A stretch of DNA of 64,000 bases, from the NCBI GenBank assembly GCA_020184695.1, contig JAANOX010000017.1, positions 1 to 64,000 of the forward strand. The letters are read 5' to 3'. A program made the translations under genes and the position numbers. The notes beneath the pieces were generated by a model. That model had not been told where the DNA came from. It did no database searches and was given only the letters and a program-made list of their open reading frames with translations. This DNA is from Histomonas meleagridis 2922-C6/04-290x (Eukaryota; Protista; Parabasalia). This document shows positions 42,522-54,531 of the stretch, one piece after another (position 1 is the stretch's first letter; each line of letters begins with the position of its first letter).

Positions 42522-44165
42522 TTATACATTTTGATTTTTTAACATTTTGATGGTTGACGGAAACTGCTTTCTGATTGTTTTCAAGTCCTCCTTTAGGAAC
42601 TCTTCCTCGTCCTCCATCTCAGTAATGAGTTTAATTGCCGCTTCGAGTTTTGCCTTCTTTTGCATATACTCATTATGTCGCTCTCTCACTTCTTTGATCC
42701 TTTCCATTTGTTTAGCGTATTCCGCTTCGAGTACTTTTACTGATTCTTTAATCTCATCTTCATTCATTTGACTTGTTCCTACATCATTTTTCGGTAACTG
42801 ACTTATACGAGCTTCCATTTGTTTAATTTTTTCGATTAGTTGTTCTGCCTCATTTCTATTTTCAGGTTCTTCTGATTTAATTTTATTTAATTCTTCATTT
42901 GCTTTATTTTGTTCATCAGTTATTTCTTTAAGCATTTTTTCATAATCATTATATTCCTTTTCTAATTTATTCTTCTCTTCCTTTAATGCGTTTTCTTGGT
43001 TACTTAATTCTTTGACTTCATTTGACTTTGAATTATTTAACCGTTTTTGCTTTTCAATTGAAACTTTGACATTTGCGATGTCACTTTTCAGCGTCTTTAA
43101 ACGGTTTTTGGTCTCTTCGTATGATGCTTCCAACGTTTGATGTTGTTGCTTAATTCGTTGTTCATTCTCGTTGGATTTTTTGGACGCTTCATCAACCTTT
43201 TTACGCCATGAATCAAGTTCACGATTTAAAGGACCGATTACTTGTGGAATCGAAGATTCAACTTCTTCAATGTTTGATCGAATCGCATTATTTTGTTGCT
43301 TTAGATTAGATAATTGAAGCCTAAGATCACTCATTGTGACTTGATGTTGTTGTTTGGCTTCATCAATACTGGTTTGAATCTCAGTTAATGATTGTTTAAG
43401 TTTCGTAATTTTGGATGTCATCGAATCAATTTGTTCTTTATAAACAGGAGTCAAATCGTCAATGTCCACAGTTTCTGGTGGTAAATCAATTTCTGTTACA
43501 TTGGCTTGACTAAGTTGCTTTTGAAGATCTTCAGATTCTTTTTGCAGATTAGCGATTGGAATACTCTCAATAAGAGACTTTGTTTCCTTAATAGACGTCT
43601 TGTACTTAAAAATTGAGGTTTTGAGCTGATTGAGTTGATTTTGGAGAGTATTTTCATCATCTTTTTGTTGATTGTATTTTTGACTTGTGGAGTTTAGTTG
43701 CTTTTGAGCGTCTTCAAAGTCTGCTTTCTGTTTTTCTAATTCTTTTTTTCTTTCAGATAACTTATCTTGTTTTATTGATATTCGTTGACTAATAATTTCA
43801 ATATCTTTGCTTGTGGATTCAATAGAATCTTTTACATTACTCATATTTCGCATTGTTTCATTGGCAGTTAATGAAATTTGTTCTGCTTTTTGACTTGCAT
43901 CAACTAATTGTTGTTTTTCTGACCTTAGATCTTTGACTTGTTTGCGGAGTTCTAAAAGATCATTTTCTGCAGAAGCAAGTTTTTCGGTTAGAATATTTTG
44001 GAGATTTCGAAAGTCAGCATCTTTTCCACAAATCTCAATGATTGGACGAACTTCATCTGATTTTTGCTTTAGCAAAGTTCTTGATGTTTTAAGTTCATGT
44101 GTTCTTCGTTCTAATAGAACTTCAAGGGAAGAGAGCTCTGTTTTTTCTTGGGCATTTTCTCCCAT
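42522..44165 (-). CDS. Long coiled-coil protein
   Basis: Continuous heptad-like, E/K/Q-rich sequence. Confidence 0.75.
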   Translation of the reverse strand: MGENAQEKTELSSLEVLLERRTHELKTSRTLLKQKSDEVRPIIEICGKDADFRNLQNILTEKLASAENDLLELRKQVKDLRSEKQQLVDASQKAEQISLTANETMRNMSNVKDSIESTSKDIEIISQRISIKQDKLSERKKELEKQKADFEDAQKQLNSTSQKYNQQKDDENTLQNQLNQLKTSIFKYKTSIKETKSLIESIPIANLQKESEDLQKQLSQANVTEIDLPPETVDIDDLTPVYKEQIDSMTSKITKLKQSLTEIQTSIDEAKQQHQVTMSDLRLQLSNLKQQNNAIRSNIEEVESSIPQVIGPLNRELDSWRKKVDEASKKSNENEQRIKQQHQTLEASYEETKNRLKTLKSDIANVKVSIEKQKRLNNSKSNEVKELSNQENALKEEKNKLEKEYNDYEKMLKEITDEQNKANEELNKIKSEEPENRNEAEQLIEKIKQMEARISQLPKNDVGTSQMNEDEIKESVKVLEAEYAKQMERIKEVRERHNEYMQKKAKLEAAIKLITEMEDEEEFLKEDLKTIRKQFPSTIKMLKNQNV

Positions 44166-44190
44166 TTGAAAAACTGGGAAAGTGTCACTT

Positions 44191-44199
44191 GGGGTGCCC
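44191..44199. promoter_or_regulatory. GGGGTGCCC motif in a 57-bp divergent intergenic region
   Basis: Identical to 7430-7438; function inferred. Confidence 0.35.
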
Positions 44200-44222
44200 C
44201 AAAGATAAACCAAAGCCAAAAA

Positions 44223-44891
44223 ATGCAAATCGATCCTACTATTGATTGGGCAAATTCAAAACAATGGGAAAATGTTTATGCACCATCATCGGATACTTTT
44301 TTTCTATGTGACGGGATAAAAGAAATAGTTGATCAAATTCCAGATAAATCAATTATTTTAGAAGTTGGTTCTGGCTCAGGTTATGTAACAGCATATTGTA
44401 ATAGGCTACTAAAATCAAAAGGTAAAAGTGTAATAAATATTACAACAGATTTTAATATGGAATGTTGTAAAAGAACAAAAGATATATGTTCATCAAATAA
44501 TGTGTTAGTATTTCCAATTTGCGATAATTTTGCATATTCTTTTCGTGGTCCAATTGATGTAATAATTTTTAATCCACCATATGTTGATACTCCTGAAGAA
44601 GAATTGGAAGAAGCTATCCAAAAACGTGGAATTGAGGCTTCTTGGGCAGGTGGGGAAGATGGTGCCATTGTGATATACAACTTTTTGAAATTTATCCTAG
44701 AAAACATTAATCAATTTTCACCAAATTTCTTACTAATTATGTTGATTACCCAAACAAACAGACCTAAAAAGATTGAACGCTTTTGTAAGAAAAATGGTCT
44801 TTCATTCAATATTATTCTCTCTCGGAATTGCCAAGGAGAAGCATTGAGGATAGTTACTATTTCGAAAGTACAAACTTCTCTAAACCCTTAG
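44223..44891 (+). CDS. N6AMT1: N6AMT1/HEMK2 (Mtq2) eRF1 methyltransferase
   Basis: VYAPSSDTF, EVGSGSGYV, FNPPYV and SWAGGEDG. Confidence 0.9.
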   Translation: MQIDPTIDWANSKQWENVYAPSSDTFFLCDGIKEIVDQIPDKSIILEVGSGSGYVTAYCNRLLKSKGKSVINITTDFNMECCKRTKDICSSNNVLVFPICDNFAYSFRGPIDVIIFNPPYVDTPEEELEEAIQKRGIEASWAGGEDGAIVIYNFLKFILENINQFSPNFLLIMLITQTNRPKKIERFCKKNGLSFNIILSRNCQGEALRIVTISKVQTSLNP

Positions 44892-45588
44892 ATGATATTT
44901 TTCGGAATCTCTTCATTGTGAGAATCTGTTTCCTTCCAAAAAATGATTTGAAGATTCACTTTTTATTAACTTTACTGCAAACATGTTTGAATAAAAGTCG
45001 TTTGAATAAACCTAACAAAAAATATCATGATTAACGTTCGCCTTTTTGCCCGTTAAATTCCAAATGCAATAACTCGTTGATAACCCAACTTATTTTAAAT
45101 ATTAAACCTACCTTATATAAGAAATAATATTACATGATTTCAGATGTTTCTTAAACTATCATTTATTTTTGAATATTTGATAATAATTTCAACAGTTAAA
45201 ATTAATCTAATATAAATTTTAGTTTTCACTATTAACGAATTATTATTTATATATTCATCACGTGTGGTTTGGGTTATAACTAAACATTTATTTATTTTGA
45301 ACATAGTTACCACTAGTGGAGATAAGTTAATAGAAAAATTATTTATTGAAATGTTTGAATATATTACATGTTTATTCGATTTTTATAGATGTTTACTCCC
45401 AGGTTTATAATTATTGCAATAAGCAACCCTGGAGGGATCCTGGAACGCCCCAAAAATTAACATCTCAAAATTCAATATACTTTGCACTGAATTATCGGAA
45501 ACATGATTTTACCCCAAATATATTCAAAATTGAAAAGCATCCAAAAATAAAATGAATACATTTTTGTACAAAAAAACAATCGATTAAA

Positions 45589-46731
45589 ATGATGGATATT
45601 CTTTTTTTTTTCCATACCTTTTACTCTTCTTTTTGTACCATCACATGAAGCATTCTCGGAAGGAACACTTGAAATTAACATATCAAGTGAATTTGGTACA
45701 CAATATAAGAACGAAACTACCTATGTTATTATTGGAGGTGACGTAACCACAATTCCATCGCATGCTTTTTCAGAATGGCCTCAGTTAAAAAATGTTAAAA
45801 TTTTAAGTTCTGTTATTACAATAAATTTGAATTCATTTTATAAATGTCCAGAATTAGAAACAGTCAACATTGGGGATAATGTTGCGACAATTGGATCATA
45901 TGCTTTTAGCGAATGTATAAAGTTATCAACATTTAATAATGGATATTCTATTAAAACAATTGAAAGTCATGCATTTTTTAAATGTTCTTCATTAAGTTCA
46001 TTCAGATTTGGAAATTATATTGAAACAATCAGAGAATATGCATTTTCAGAATGTTCTTCATTACAAAGTATTTCAATTCCTCATTCAACAAATATTGAAA
46101 ATTATGCATTTTCACGATGTTCAACATTAGAAACAATTGAACTTAAAGGAGAAGAAACCACAATTGAAACTCAAACATTTTATGAATGTTTAAATCTTAA
46201 ATCTATTAAAGTATCAAATGAAAATGAATATTATTCAAATTACAATGATGATGGAATTCTTTATAATAAAAACATAACTACAGTTATTTGTTATCCAGCA
46301 AAGAATTCGAATACAATATTTAATATTCCTTCTTCAGTTACTAAAATTGAAGATTATTCATTCTTTTATAGTTTTTTATCTCAGTTAAAATTGGAGATAA
46401 TGTTGCAACAATTGGTAAATATGCATTTGAAGATTGTATTGGTCTTTATTGTATTTATTATAATGGAGAAAAAGAACCAATGATTGGTGTTGAAATATTC
46501 CGTTTAATACCTGCAACTTCTGTCATTGTACTTTCTTCTTATCAAGGTGCAACATTCGGTTCACTTCCAATAACATATGAACAAGAATGTAAACCACCAA
46601 GTGATAAAAATAATACACTCGCGATTGCATTGGGGATTTGTATACCTATAGTGGTTTAGATTATTGTCGGATTGGTTATATTTTTTGTTCTTCGATCAAG
46701 AAAGAAGAAACAATTTGATGCATTTCCATAA
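45589..46731 (+). pseudogene. BspA-like LRR surface protein pseudogene (+1 shift in the T-run near 45605, -1 shift near 46378, TAG at 46657)
   Basis: LRR_5 repeats; the downstream frame gives SVKIGDNVATIGKYAF...ALGICIPIVV*IIVGLVIFFVLRSRKKKQFDAFP*. Confidence 0.8.
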
Positions 46732-47684
46732 ACACTAAATATCGACTTTTTTTTAAGTTTTTATTTTGTGTTATATCAAATATGATCATTAGTTGATTTA
46801 TTTTCGTTTGATTGTAAAGAAATTTTTTAAGGATTTGAATTTCATTTTCTTTGATTATTTTTGATATTAAAAAAATCATGTTATGAATGAATGTGATTGA
46901 TAATAATGAAAAAATCATTGTCCAATTAAGAAAAAATATTGAATATTATTTTAAGATAAATATATCTATTCTTTATATATAATGTAGCATGATTAAAATT
47001 TAAAATATGCTTTAAAATAAATCATGCTTTCATGTAATGAGATGCAAATTGATAATAAGTATTTAAATGATAAATTTCTATGAAAGACAAAATTCAGGTT
47101 AATTCAAGAAATGATTTATAGTTAAGCAAAGAGTTAAAATAATGATTTAATAACTTATAAGTCATAAATTTATAAATAATGAATGATGAATATATTTTCG
47201 GTTTCCGGAAACAAAAGCCAAAAGATGATTTTCCAATTTTTTTTAGCCAGAAACAATATGGAGCAAGCACATAAAATAGATTTACTATTAGACAGCAACC
47301 ATGTTGAATTACTTCCTGAACAAGAAAGAACTGTTGTTAAACAAACTAAAACCTAAAGATATTTATTTAGCTTATTTGATATTTTTTTTGATAATTAAGA
47401 ATTCCTAAATAATATAAGTATATCGATATATGATTTGCAACACCTCTAATTGCATCTAGTTAAATAAATTTAACAATTGTTAAATAATTTAATTAAAAAA
47501 AATCAACAGCAAAGATAAACCAGTATGAATAAAATAAAATCCACAACAAAATAAAAAGAAATTTTCAATAAAATTAATAAAAATTTATGAAACATGTTGT
47601 TGGTCATGAATAGATATAAACATGAATTTGTTTGTTTAGTTAAAAATTTTAATATTTCATAATTATACGAATGAAATAAACTCA

Positions 47685-48404
47685 TCAGTTTTCAAAAACA
47701 CAGTCGATGTGGAGTTCGTTGCATTTTTCTTTGATCAAGTTTCTGAGTGCTTCGTTTCTGCGGCGGAGATCTCGAGTTGCCCGCCATACATCTTGATCAG
47801 TACTAATGTCATCAATAGGATGCAATGGCCCAAAAGATCGCAGATCGTAAAGGACTGCTTCGTTGTGTGCGAATGGAGCAAATTCAGAACGATGCTCTTT
47901 GAAATATATTGTTTCGAGAACAGCAGAACTTTCGAGTTTTGTATCATTAGGATCCTCTTGTTCGTGTGTTTCTTCTTCTTCAGTCTTTAAGAATAAGTTA
48001 TTAGATTTCCTTTTTGCCATGATTTCTGCAATTTGCTGATCTTGCCTTGTAAGCTTTGTATGATTTAAAACAAGAAGTTGTGGCCCTACAGTAGCTAATG
48101 CCAGGTACTTGAAGTTATTTTCTTGTGAGAGAGGAGAATTTTCAATATTTAATTCTTTGAGAGATTTTTGTTCTGAAAGACCATTAAGGTAGTGGATAGG
48201 ACAATTTTCAGCATTGATTATTGCAAGATTTGGTTGAGGTCTTAAATATGAAAAGTTTTCGATATTTGTATTTGAAATATTTAATACTTGCAAATTAGGG
48301 AGGATACCTATTCTGCCAAGATCTGAGTCAACAATGTTTTGATCTGATAAGTCTAATACACCATCACGTATTAAAGAAAAGGATGATTTTGAAGAAACAG
48401 ACAT
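47685..48404 (-). CDS. Leucine-rich repeat protein
   Basis: LDLSDQNI, LQVLNISNTNI and LKELNIENSPL repeats. Confidence 0.75.
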   Translation of the reverse strand: MSVSSKSSFSLIRDGVLDLSDQNIVDSDLGRIGILPNLQVLNISNTNIENFSYLRPQPNLAIINAENCPIHYLNGLSEQKSLKELNIENSPLSQENNFKYLALATVGPQLLVLNHTKLTRQDQQIAEIMAKRKSNNLFLKTEEEETHEQEDPNDTKLESSAVLETIYFKEHRSEFAPFAHNEAVLYDLRSFGPLHPIDDISTDQDVWRATRDLRRRNEALRNLIKEKCNELHIDCVFEN

Positions 48405-48537
48405 TTAGCACTTTTTAGAAAAGAAATTTCTTTCATTTGTCCAAAGAAATATATTACTACCAAAGAAAAACAAAAACAAAATCAACATGAGTTTTGTATT
48501 TTATTGCAAACAATTTTATTTGTTTTTTTGATAATTA

Positions 48538-48996
48538 TTAATGGTAATGTCTTTTCTTATTTTTTTGTTTTTCATATTTACGAAGGAGCTCAGTTATCTC
48601 TGCTTTGATTGAATTTAGAGATTCAATAGATTTGGAAGTTAAAGCATTCCAATTTTCAAGATTTAAATCTGTTTGTGTATATTGTGCCTGTGTTTTAGGG
48701 ATATCTTGTACAACTGTAATCGCAACAGAAGTAGAAATTTCGAGAGAACATTTTTGTGGATCTTGTATTTTCAATGAAGTTTCTTGTTCAAAAATACATT
48801 TTGTTAATGGTAAATTACATTTGGAAAGTGCTGCCCTTGCTTCTTCAAGTCTTATTTCAGGTGTTTGACTTCTGTTTTGACACATTAAAAAATCGTCAAT
48901 TTGATGAGCAAGCGCTTCTCGTTTATTTTTTGTTGTTTTCGGTAAATCCTTTTCGAAGTCATAAATTATTTGTTGTAATCTTTTGGATGTTTTCAT
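48538..48996 (-). CDS. Hypothetical protein (152 aa)
   Basis: ORF with a coiled-coil-like C-terminus. Confidence 0.55.
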   Translation of the reverse strand: MKTSKRLQQIIYDFEKDLPKTTKNKREALAHQIDDFLMCQNRSQTPEIRLEEARAALSKCNLPLTKCIFEQETSLKIQDPQKCSLEISTSVAITVVQDIPKTQAQYTQTDLNLENWNALTSKSIESLNSIKAEITELLRKYEKQKNKKRHYH

Positions 48997-49052
48997 TTCT
49001 TTTTCTTATTTTAACGTCTAATATCATTGATAAACGTTCTCTTGCAAAGGGT

Positions 49053-52000
49053 ATGGATGAAGTCTTATTAGAAATACAAAGAATTTCATCAGGAAAACGA
49101 ATGGCAAAATCAGAACATGCTATAATGCAAGTTTTAGTTTCTTTAGATTTTGATTTATTACAAAATTCAACAAATTCATTAAAGATTCTTGAAAAATCAT
49201 TAATTAACTTATATAAAATTAATGACGGAGAATTAAGTGTTCAATGTTCATTATGCATAACAAAAGTTTTATGTAAAGTTTATCATTTAATTGAAAATCC
49301 ATCAATATCATCGACTTTTTTAGACTTTTCCAAGAATTTGACTCCATCAACCATTATTGGAATTGGTGAGCTTTCACATCAATATCCATCTGCATGTTCA
49401 ATACATTTTCAAAACATCATAAATTCTTTATTAGGGATTATCAACACAAAATCTCTTACTTTTCAAGTTATTTTTTCATTGCGTCTTATTTTCAATACCA
49501 AGCATTCGACATTATCACGATATGTAAAACTTATCCTGAAATATCTGAAAAAAATCCATGAAAATGGGATCGAATCCTCATTAATAATGAGTGTCAAACT
49601 TATGAAATCACTAATTTCATATGATTCCAGTATTATTCCAACCGTTCTTTCACTCATTGATGAGCTTCTTACTAAAAATCCTACTCTTTTTGTTATAAAT
49701 GAAATATGTCGAATAATTTCGCAAATATCTATAATTTATTTTGAGACCAGCGCACCAGAAAATTCATTTACATTAATTAAAAAATATCCACAATTTTCAT
49801 CTAATATAATTCAACGCTTTTTTGAGATTATTTCGCCAACATTAATCCACAAACATTACAACAAATTATTTGATTTTCTTAAAAATTATTCACCAAATGA
49901 TATTGATGAGCTTATAATATATGGAAAACAAAAACTAAATCAAGAAATATTTAATAAGTTATTCATAGAGAAGCCAACGTATCAACAATTATTAACAATG
50001 ATTAAGTTATCTAATAGTAAAGATGACATTATATCACTTTGTAGTATTTGTTCTATTTTGTTTGGTTCTAATTCTCAATTAGGCCAATATTATTCACATG
50101 AATTCTTTCTGAAAGTACCGAAAGTTTCATTTGAAATTTCCATTGAGTTTCTTAAATCATCGATTTTAACATTAATAAATGATAAAAATAATAATAACGT
50201 TACGTATAGTAATGGATTAATTGCTTTGTCATTACTTAATGGCGAACCATTACTTTCTAATTCGATTAAAGACATTTTTAATATTTATCTAAATAAAATT
50301 ATCGATGATAATAATATTGATTCTTATCGATTTATATATTTTTGGGGAATTAGTTCATATTTTGATGAAAATGTTTTAATGGATAATAAAAACTTCATTG
50401 AAAATTCTTTAAAGAAAATTAATAATTATTTTATGAATTTAAAAGTTATTGATGGGAAACAAAAATTATTTTTAAATAATATTTTACTTTTTTATACAAA
50501 ACATTATAAACATTTGAATGAATATTCGAAAAATATTTATGAATTCATTATACAAAGAATTGATAATATAACTTATTTAACTTTAAGTTATTTCATTGAT
50601 TTCATTATTAATTGTATTAATGATTGTAATAAAGTTATAACAATTCTATTAAATAAATGTAATAAATTAAATCCTGGAAAAGAATTTTTACGGAATTTAA
50701 TCGAAAGACCTATGATAGTCTCAGAAGATATATTAATAAAAAAGAAATCACAACCATTAAATGAACGTAAGAAATTTACTCAAAAACTTATAAATAATTT
50801 TCCACAAATTCTTATAAAATGTAATAAAGAAACAAAAGAAACAACAATTACAAATTTAACACAACAATTAACTTATACATCGCAATCGATTTTATTAAAA
50901 CTTCTTCAAAGTGGATTATTTAATGATATATTACCACATGGATTTATTGGCTCATTATTAAAGTCATTAATTGGAAATGATTATTTACGTATACAAATAA
51001 CATGTGAAACTATTTCATATTCAATATTAACTAAAAAAGAATTAATAAATGGTTTAATAAAATTCATCGAAATGAATAAAAGATCCGCTTCTTGTTTATT
51101 AGCTTCATCTGTATTAAGTAAAATACATTTGGATGAAAGTTCCCTTTCACGTATTTTATTATTTTTGGATAAACAAGTGTTTGTTAATAATTCGACTCCT
51201 TTTGTTTTACATGCGTTATCTACAATGTATTTAACACATGGAAATGAAATTAAATCATTTTACTTGAATCAAATTGATATTTTCCTTCAGTTATTACATC
51301 GCTCTAATTCATTACATCCTTTAGTTTTATATTTGATTTATAATGCTTTTATCGATTTAATTAATTGTTTTAATGAAAATGAAATTGTTGATAAAACTAT
51401 ACGAAATTCCGCTTTATCGATTTTGTTATCTTTTTATTCAACTCCTTTTATTATTGCAAAAGGAATTTCATATAAAATTTTGGTTGAACTTGTGAATAAA
51501 TCAAATTCTTTTATAAAGAAATGTTTTAACTTAATAAATCCACATTTAACTAAAAACATTTCTCATTCGATACTTTTAACTTCTGTTGAAGCGTTTTCAT
51601 TTGAACAAAACACTGAAAAAATAATTTGTTTTAATAAATTTTTACCAAAAGTTTTACTTTTAATTAAGAAATTAAATGATGAAAATAACATAAAAGTTTT
51701 TGTTAATTTATTATCTAATTGTAATATTGATATAATAATTGATTTAATATATGATGTATTTAAAAATAATTTAATTCCTGAGATTGAAGTTGAACCAAAT
51801 TTATTAATAAAAATCGTTCTATTAAAAGTTTTAGAAAAAATCGTTTTGAAACTTGAAATAAAACATATATATAAAGTCGTTGTATCTCTTTGTATATCAA
51901 TTTGTAGTAATATTATACAACTACAAAACATTAGTTTTCCAATATTAACAAAAATTAATGAATTGTTCGAATTGAGTTCATTTAATAAACAATTCGAAGC

Positions 52001-53279
52001 ATTAATTGAAATTGCATTTGATTTCGATTTATCAATTTCAGCAAAATTCATTTCATCAATAATAACTAATAATAACATAAACATTTGTGTGAATAAAATT
52101 TCGAATTATTCCGATTTTAATATGAATTTGATTCCAATTTTAACTAAAATTATTGAAATTGGAAAAAATAATAAAAATTTAATAAAACAATTTACTGGTA
52201 ATAATTATGACAAATTAATAACTTTAATTAATAAAGTAAAAACTAATTTTAATAAAGAAAATTCGAAATTTTTATTGGAATTTTTAGAATTACAAAATTT
52301 CGTTAATAAAAAAGATATTTCTGTGAATGAAATAATTCAAATTTTCATAAACGAAATAACAAATTCCAATTTAGAAAAAGAAATTAATGAAATTATTAAC
52401 AACTTAATAATAATTATAAATAAATATCAAAATGAAATAACAAATGATATAATAAAAGATATATTAAATAAATTAATTGTGAAATCAAAATCATTTAATA
52501 TAAATGAAACGATTTCAAACCTTTGTTTAATTATATTACGAAATAAAAATGAAATCGAAAACGAAATTTTGGAAATCATTTTAAACATAATAATAAAAAT
52601 TGATTTTAAGTTCGAATCTGTTGCATTACTTTTTGAGAAAGTTGAAACATCTTTAATTGATGAAAACATTAATGATATCATTAATTCATTATTAAGAAAG
52701 CAACAAAATAAAGAAAACGAAAAATTTATTGTTTCATTATTTATTCTTTTAAATAAGAAAAATAACGAAAATGCACTAAAAGTTATTAATTATATCATTA
52801 ACAATAATTTAAATTCGGAATTTGATTTCGAGTTATTATATATATTATTAAATGAACAAAAATTCAAAAATATTAATTTCGATGAAATTTTAAACTTCTC
52901 ATTAAAGAACCTTCAAAATGGAGGCGCGAAATTAATCGGAAGAATAATTTGTAATAATGAGATTAAATTTGATTTTAATTACATTGAAATGATAAATGAA
53001 ATCATTTTAAATGTTAAAAATAATGCGAAAAATTCAAAAATTTGTTTCGAGTTAATTGTCCTTTGTTTGAAAAATATTAATGATAACGAAAATGTTTTAA
53101 AACATGTTTTAAGTGAAATATTAAAAATGTTTTCGTGTTTACCAAAGGAAACAATCGATGTATGTGTTGGAATATTTAAACATTTTGTGTCTAATGAAGA
53201 ATATCTTCATGAAATTTATGATGAATTAGATGATAGTACTAAAGAATCAATAATAAAATGCTTAAATAATAAAAAATAA
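49053..53279 (+). CDS. HEAT-repeat protein, possibly HEATR5/Laa1-like
   Basis: Alpha-solenoid-like ORF of about 1408 aa; family assigned from recalled N-terminal resemblance only. Confidence 0.55.
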   Translation: MDEVLLEIQRISSGKRMAKSEHAIMQVLVSLDFDLLQNSTNSLKILEKSLINLYKINDGELSVQCSLCITKVLCKVYHLIENPSISSTFLDFSKNLTPSTIIGIGELSHQYPSACSIHFQNIINSLLGIINTKSLTFQVIFSLRLIFNTKHSTLSRYVKLILKYLKKIHENGIESSLIMSVKLMKSLISYDSSIIPTVLSLIDELLTKNPTLFVINEICRIISQISIIYFETSAPENSFTLIKKYPQFSSNIIQRFFEIISPTLIHKHYNKLFDFLKNYSPNDIDELIIYGKQKLNQEIFNKLFIEKPTYQQLLTMIKLSNSKDDIISLCSICSILFGSNSQLGQYYSHEFFLKVPKVSFEISIEFLKSSILTLINDKNNNNVTYSNGLIALSLLNGEPLLSNSIKDIFNIYLNKIIDDNNIDSYRFIYFWGISSYFDENVLMDNKNFIENSLKKINNYFMNLKVIDGKQKLFLNNILLFYTKHYKHLNEYSKNIYEFIIQRIDNITYLTLSYFIDFIINCINDCNKVITILLNKCNKLNPGKEFLRNLIERPMIVSEDILIKKKSQPLNERKKFTQKLINNFPQILIKCNKETKETTITNLTQQLTYTSQSILLKLLQSGLFNDILPHGFIGSLLKSLIGNDYLRIQITCETISYSILTKKELINGLIKFIEMNKRSASCLLASSVLSKIHLDESSLSRILLFLDKQVFVNNSTPFVLHALSTMYLTHGNEIKSFYLNQIDIFLQLLHRSNSLHPLVLYLIYNAFIDLINCFNENEIVDKTIRNSALSILLSFYSTPFIIAKGISYKILVELVNKSNSFIKKCFNLINPHLTKNISHSILLTSVEAFSFEQNTEKIICFNKFLPKVLLLIKKLNDENNIKVFVNLLSNCNIDIIIDLIYDVFKNNLIPEIEVEPNLLIKIVLLKVLEKIVLKLEIKHIYKVVVSLCISICSNIIQLQNISFPILTKINELFELSSFNKQFEALIEIAFDFDLSISAKFISSIITNNNINICVNKISNYSDFNMNLIPILTKIIEIGKNNKNLIKQFTGNNYDKLITLINKVKTNFNKENSKFLLEFLELQNFVNKKDISVNEIIQIFINEITNSNLEKEINEIINNLIIIINKYQNEITNDIIKDILNKLIVKSKSFNINETISNLCLIILRNKNEIENEILEIILNIIIKIDFKFESVALLFEKVETSLIDENINDIINSLLRKQQNKENEKFIVSLFILLNKKNNENALKVINYIINNNLNSEFDFELLYILLNEQKFKNINFDEILNFSLKNLQNGGAKLIGRIICNNEIKFDFNYIEMINEIILNVKNNAKNSKICFELIVLCLKNINDNENVLKHVLSEILKMFSCLPKETIDVCVGIFKHFVSNEEYLHEIYDELDDSTKESIIKCLNNKK

Positions 53280-53368
53280 TATTAAAGTAATTCTAAATTT
53301 TTTTTGTTTTCATTTCAGTTTAATAAAAAAACGTTAAAAAATTTGGTCGAATACACAAAAAATAAAAA

Positions 53369-54346
53369 ATGAAAAAAATTCCACAACCTCCATTCAAGAA
53401 TAAAGCTCAAACAATTGCATTTCTTAAGAAGCTTTCAAATAAGAATAATTGCTTAAGAGTTATTGCTTGGTTAAATTATTTTGATCTAATTGATTTAAAA
53501 TCTTTATCTCAATCAATTTATTTTTTATATGATAATTATAATGACACCATACTAAAATGTATCAGTGACATTCAAAATCCAGTTAATAGCTTACCTCGAA
53601 AAGATGAACGTTATTTGATAAATGTTGATACACAGCGATCACAATTCTGGTTTAAAAAATTAATAGAAGAAGCTGGTTTAGATCCATGCCAAGCGCCAAC
53701 AAATATGGTTAATATCCAAAGAATATTAGTTGCACTTCGACTTACAGATGATTTTTATGAATATGTTCAAGGATTTGATCGTTACGTCTGTATTACAATG
53801 ATCCTTAGCTTAGAGTTTTCATCCCAAATTGATGAATCAATTGACTTTGCTGAATCAATTTCATTTTATTTATGTCAAAAAATTCTTCGAATTGTTGACT
53901 TAGGCAAATATTCCAAAGACGTCAAGTTAGCAAGTAAACACTTTTCAGCCATCGATAAAAGGGTTATGGCAACTCATCCCGAAGAATATGAATATTTGTT
54001 AAGTATGAACACTACATCGATATATTATGCAATGAAATGGGAATTACTTTCGTTTGCCGATGTATATAATTATAATGATTTGTTACTTCTTTGGGACCAA
54101 ATAATTTTGCATAAATCAGATTACATGGATTTCATACTTGAGCTTTGCGTGGCGCACATTGAAACAATAAAGTTCGATGACCCGAGTTCCGCGATTGAAA
54201 CTATACAGGATAAAAGTGATTGGGATGTAATAAAAATAATTAAAATTACAAATGAAAATATAAAAAAGCGCCTCATAAGAAAAGTAATGTTTTACTCATT
54301 GTTTGTAATTATTTTTATATTAATTATAATAAAGTATCTAAAATAA
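53369..54346 (+). CDS. TBC-domain Rab-GAP-like protein with C-terminal TM
   Basis: YVQGFD, WELLSF and LLLLWD motifs; hydrophobic tail. Confidence 0.7.
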   Translation: MKKIPQPPFKNKAQTIAFLKKLSNKNNCLRVIAWLNYFDLIDLKSLSQSIYFLYDNYNDTILKCISDIQNPVNSLPRKDERYLINVDTQRSQFWFKKLIEEAGLDPCQAPTNMVNIQRILVALRLTDDFYEYVQGFDRYVCITMILSLEFSSQIDESIDFAESISFYLCQKILRIVDLGKYSKDVKLASKHFSAIDKRVMATHPEEYEYLLSMNTTSIYYAMKWELLSFADVYNYNDLLLLWDQIILHKSDYMDFILELCVAHIETIKFDDPSSAIETIQDKSDWDVIKIIKITNENIKKRLIRKVMFYSLFVIIFILIIIKYLK

Positions 54347-54531
54347 GTAATAAAAATTGTTATAATTTCATGTTTTTAAATATAGAAAATAGTACTTGTT
54401 TTTGCTTCTAAAAATGGTCATATTGAAATAATTAAATATTGGATAATAATATTTATATATTTATTGTCTTGTTCTTGCATTTGAAAATGATAAATGTCAG
54501 TTTATATTTGTGAGGATTTTAACAGATTAAA

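Noticed and set aside
233-46731. Alternative genetic code (TAA/TAG as sense) suggested by in-frame stops at 848, 27511 and 46657
   Set aside because: Conserved genes end at the expected residue on TAG (RtcB), TAA (RPS27) and TGA (V-ATPase E), and long ORFs are open under the standard code.
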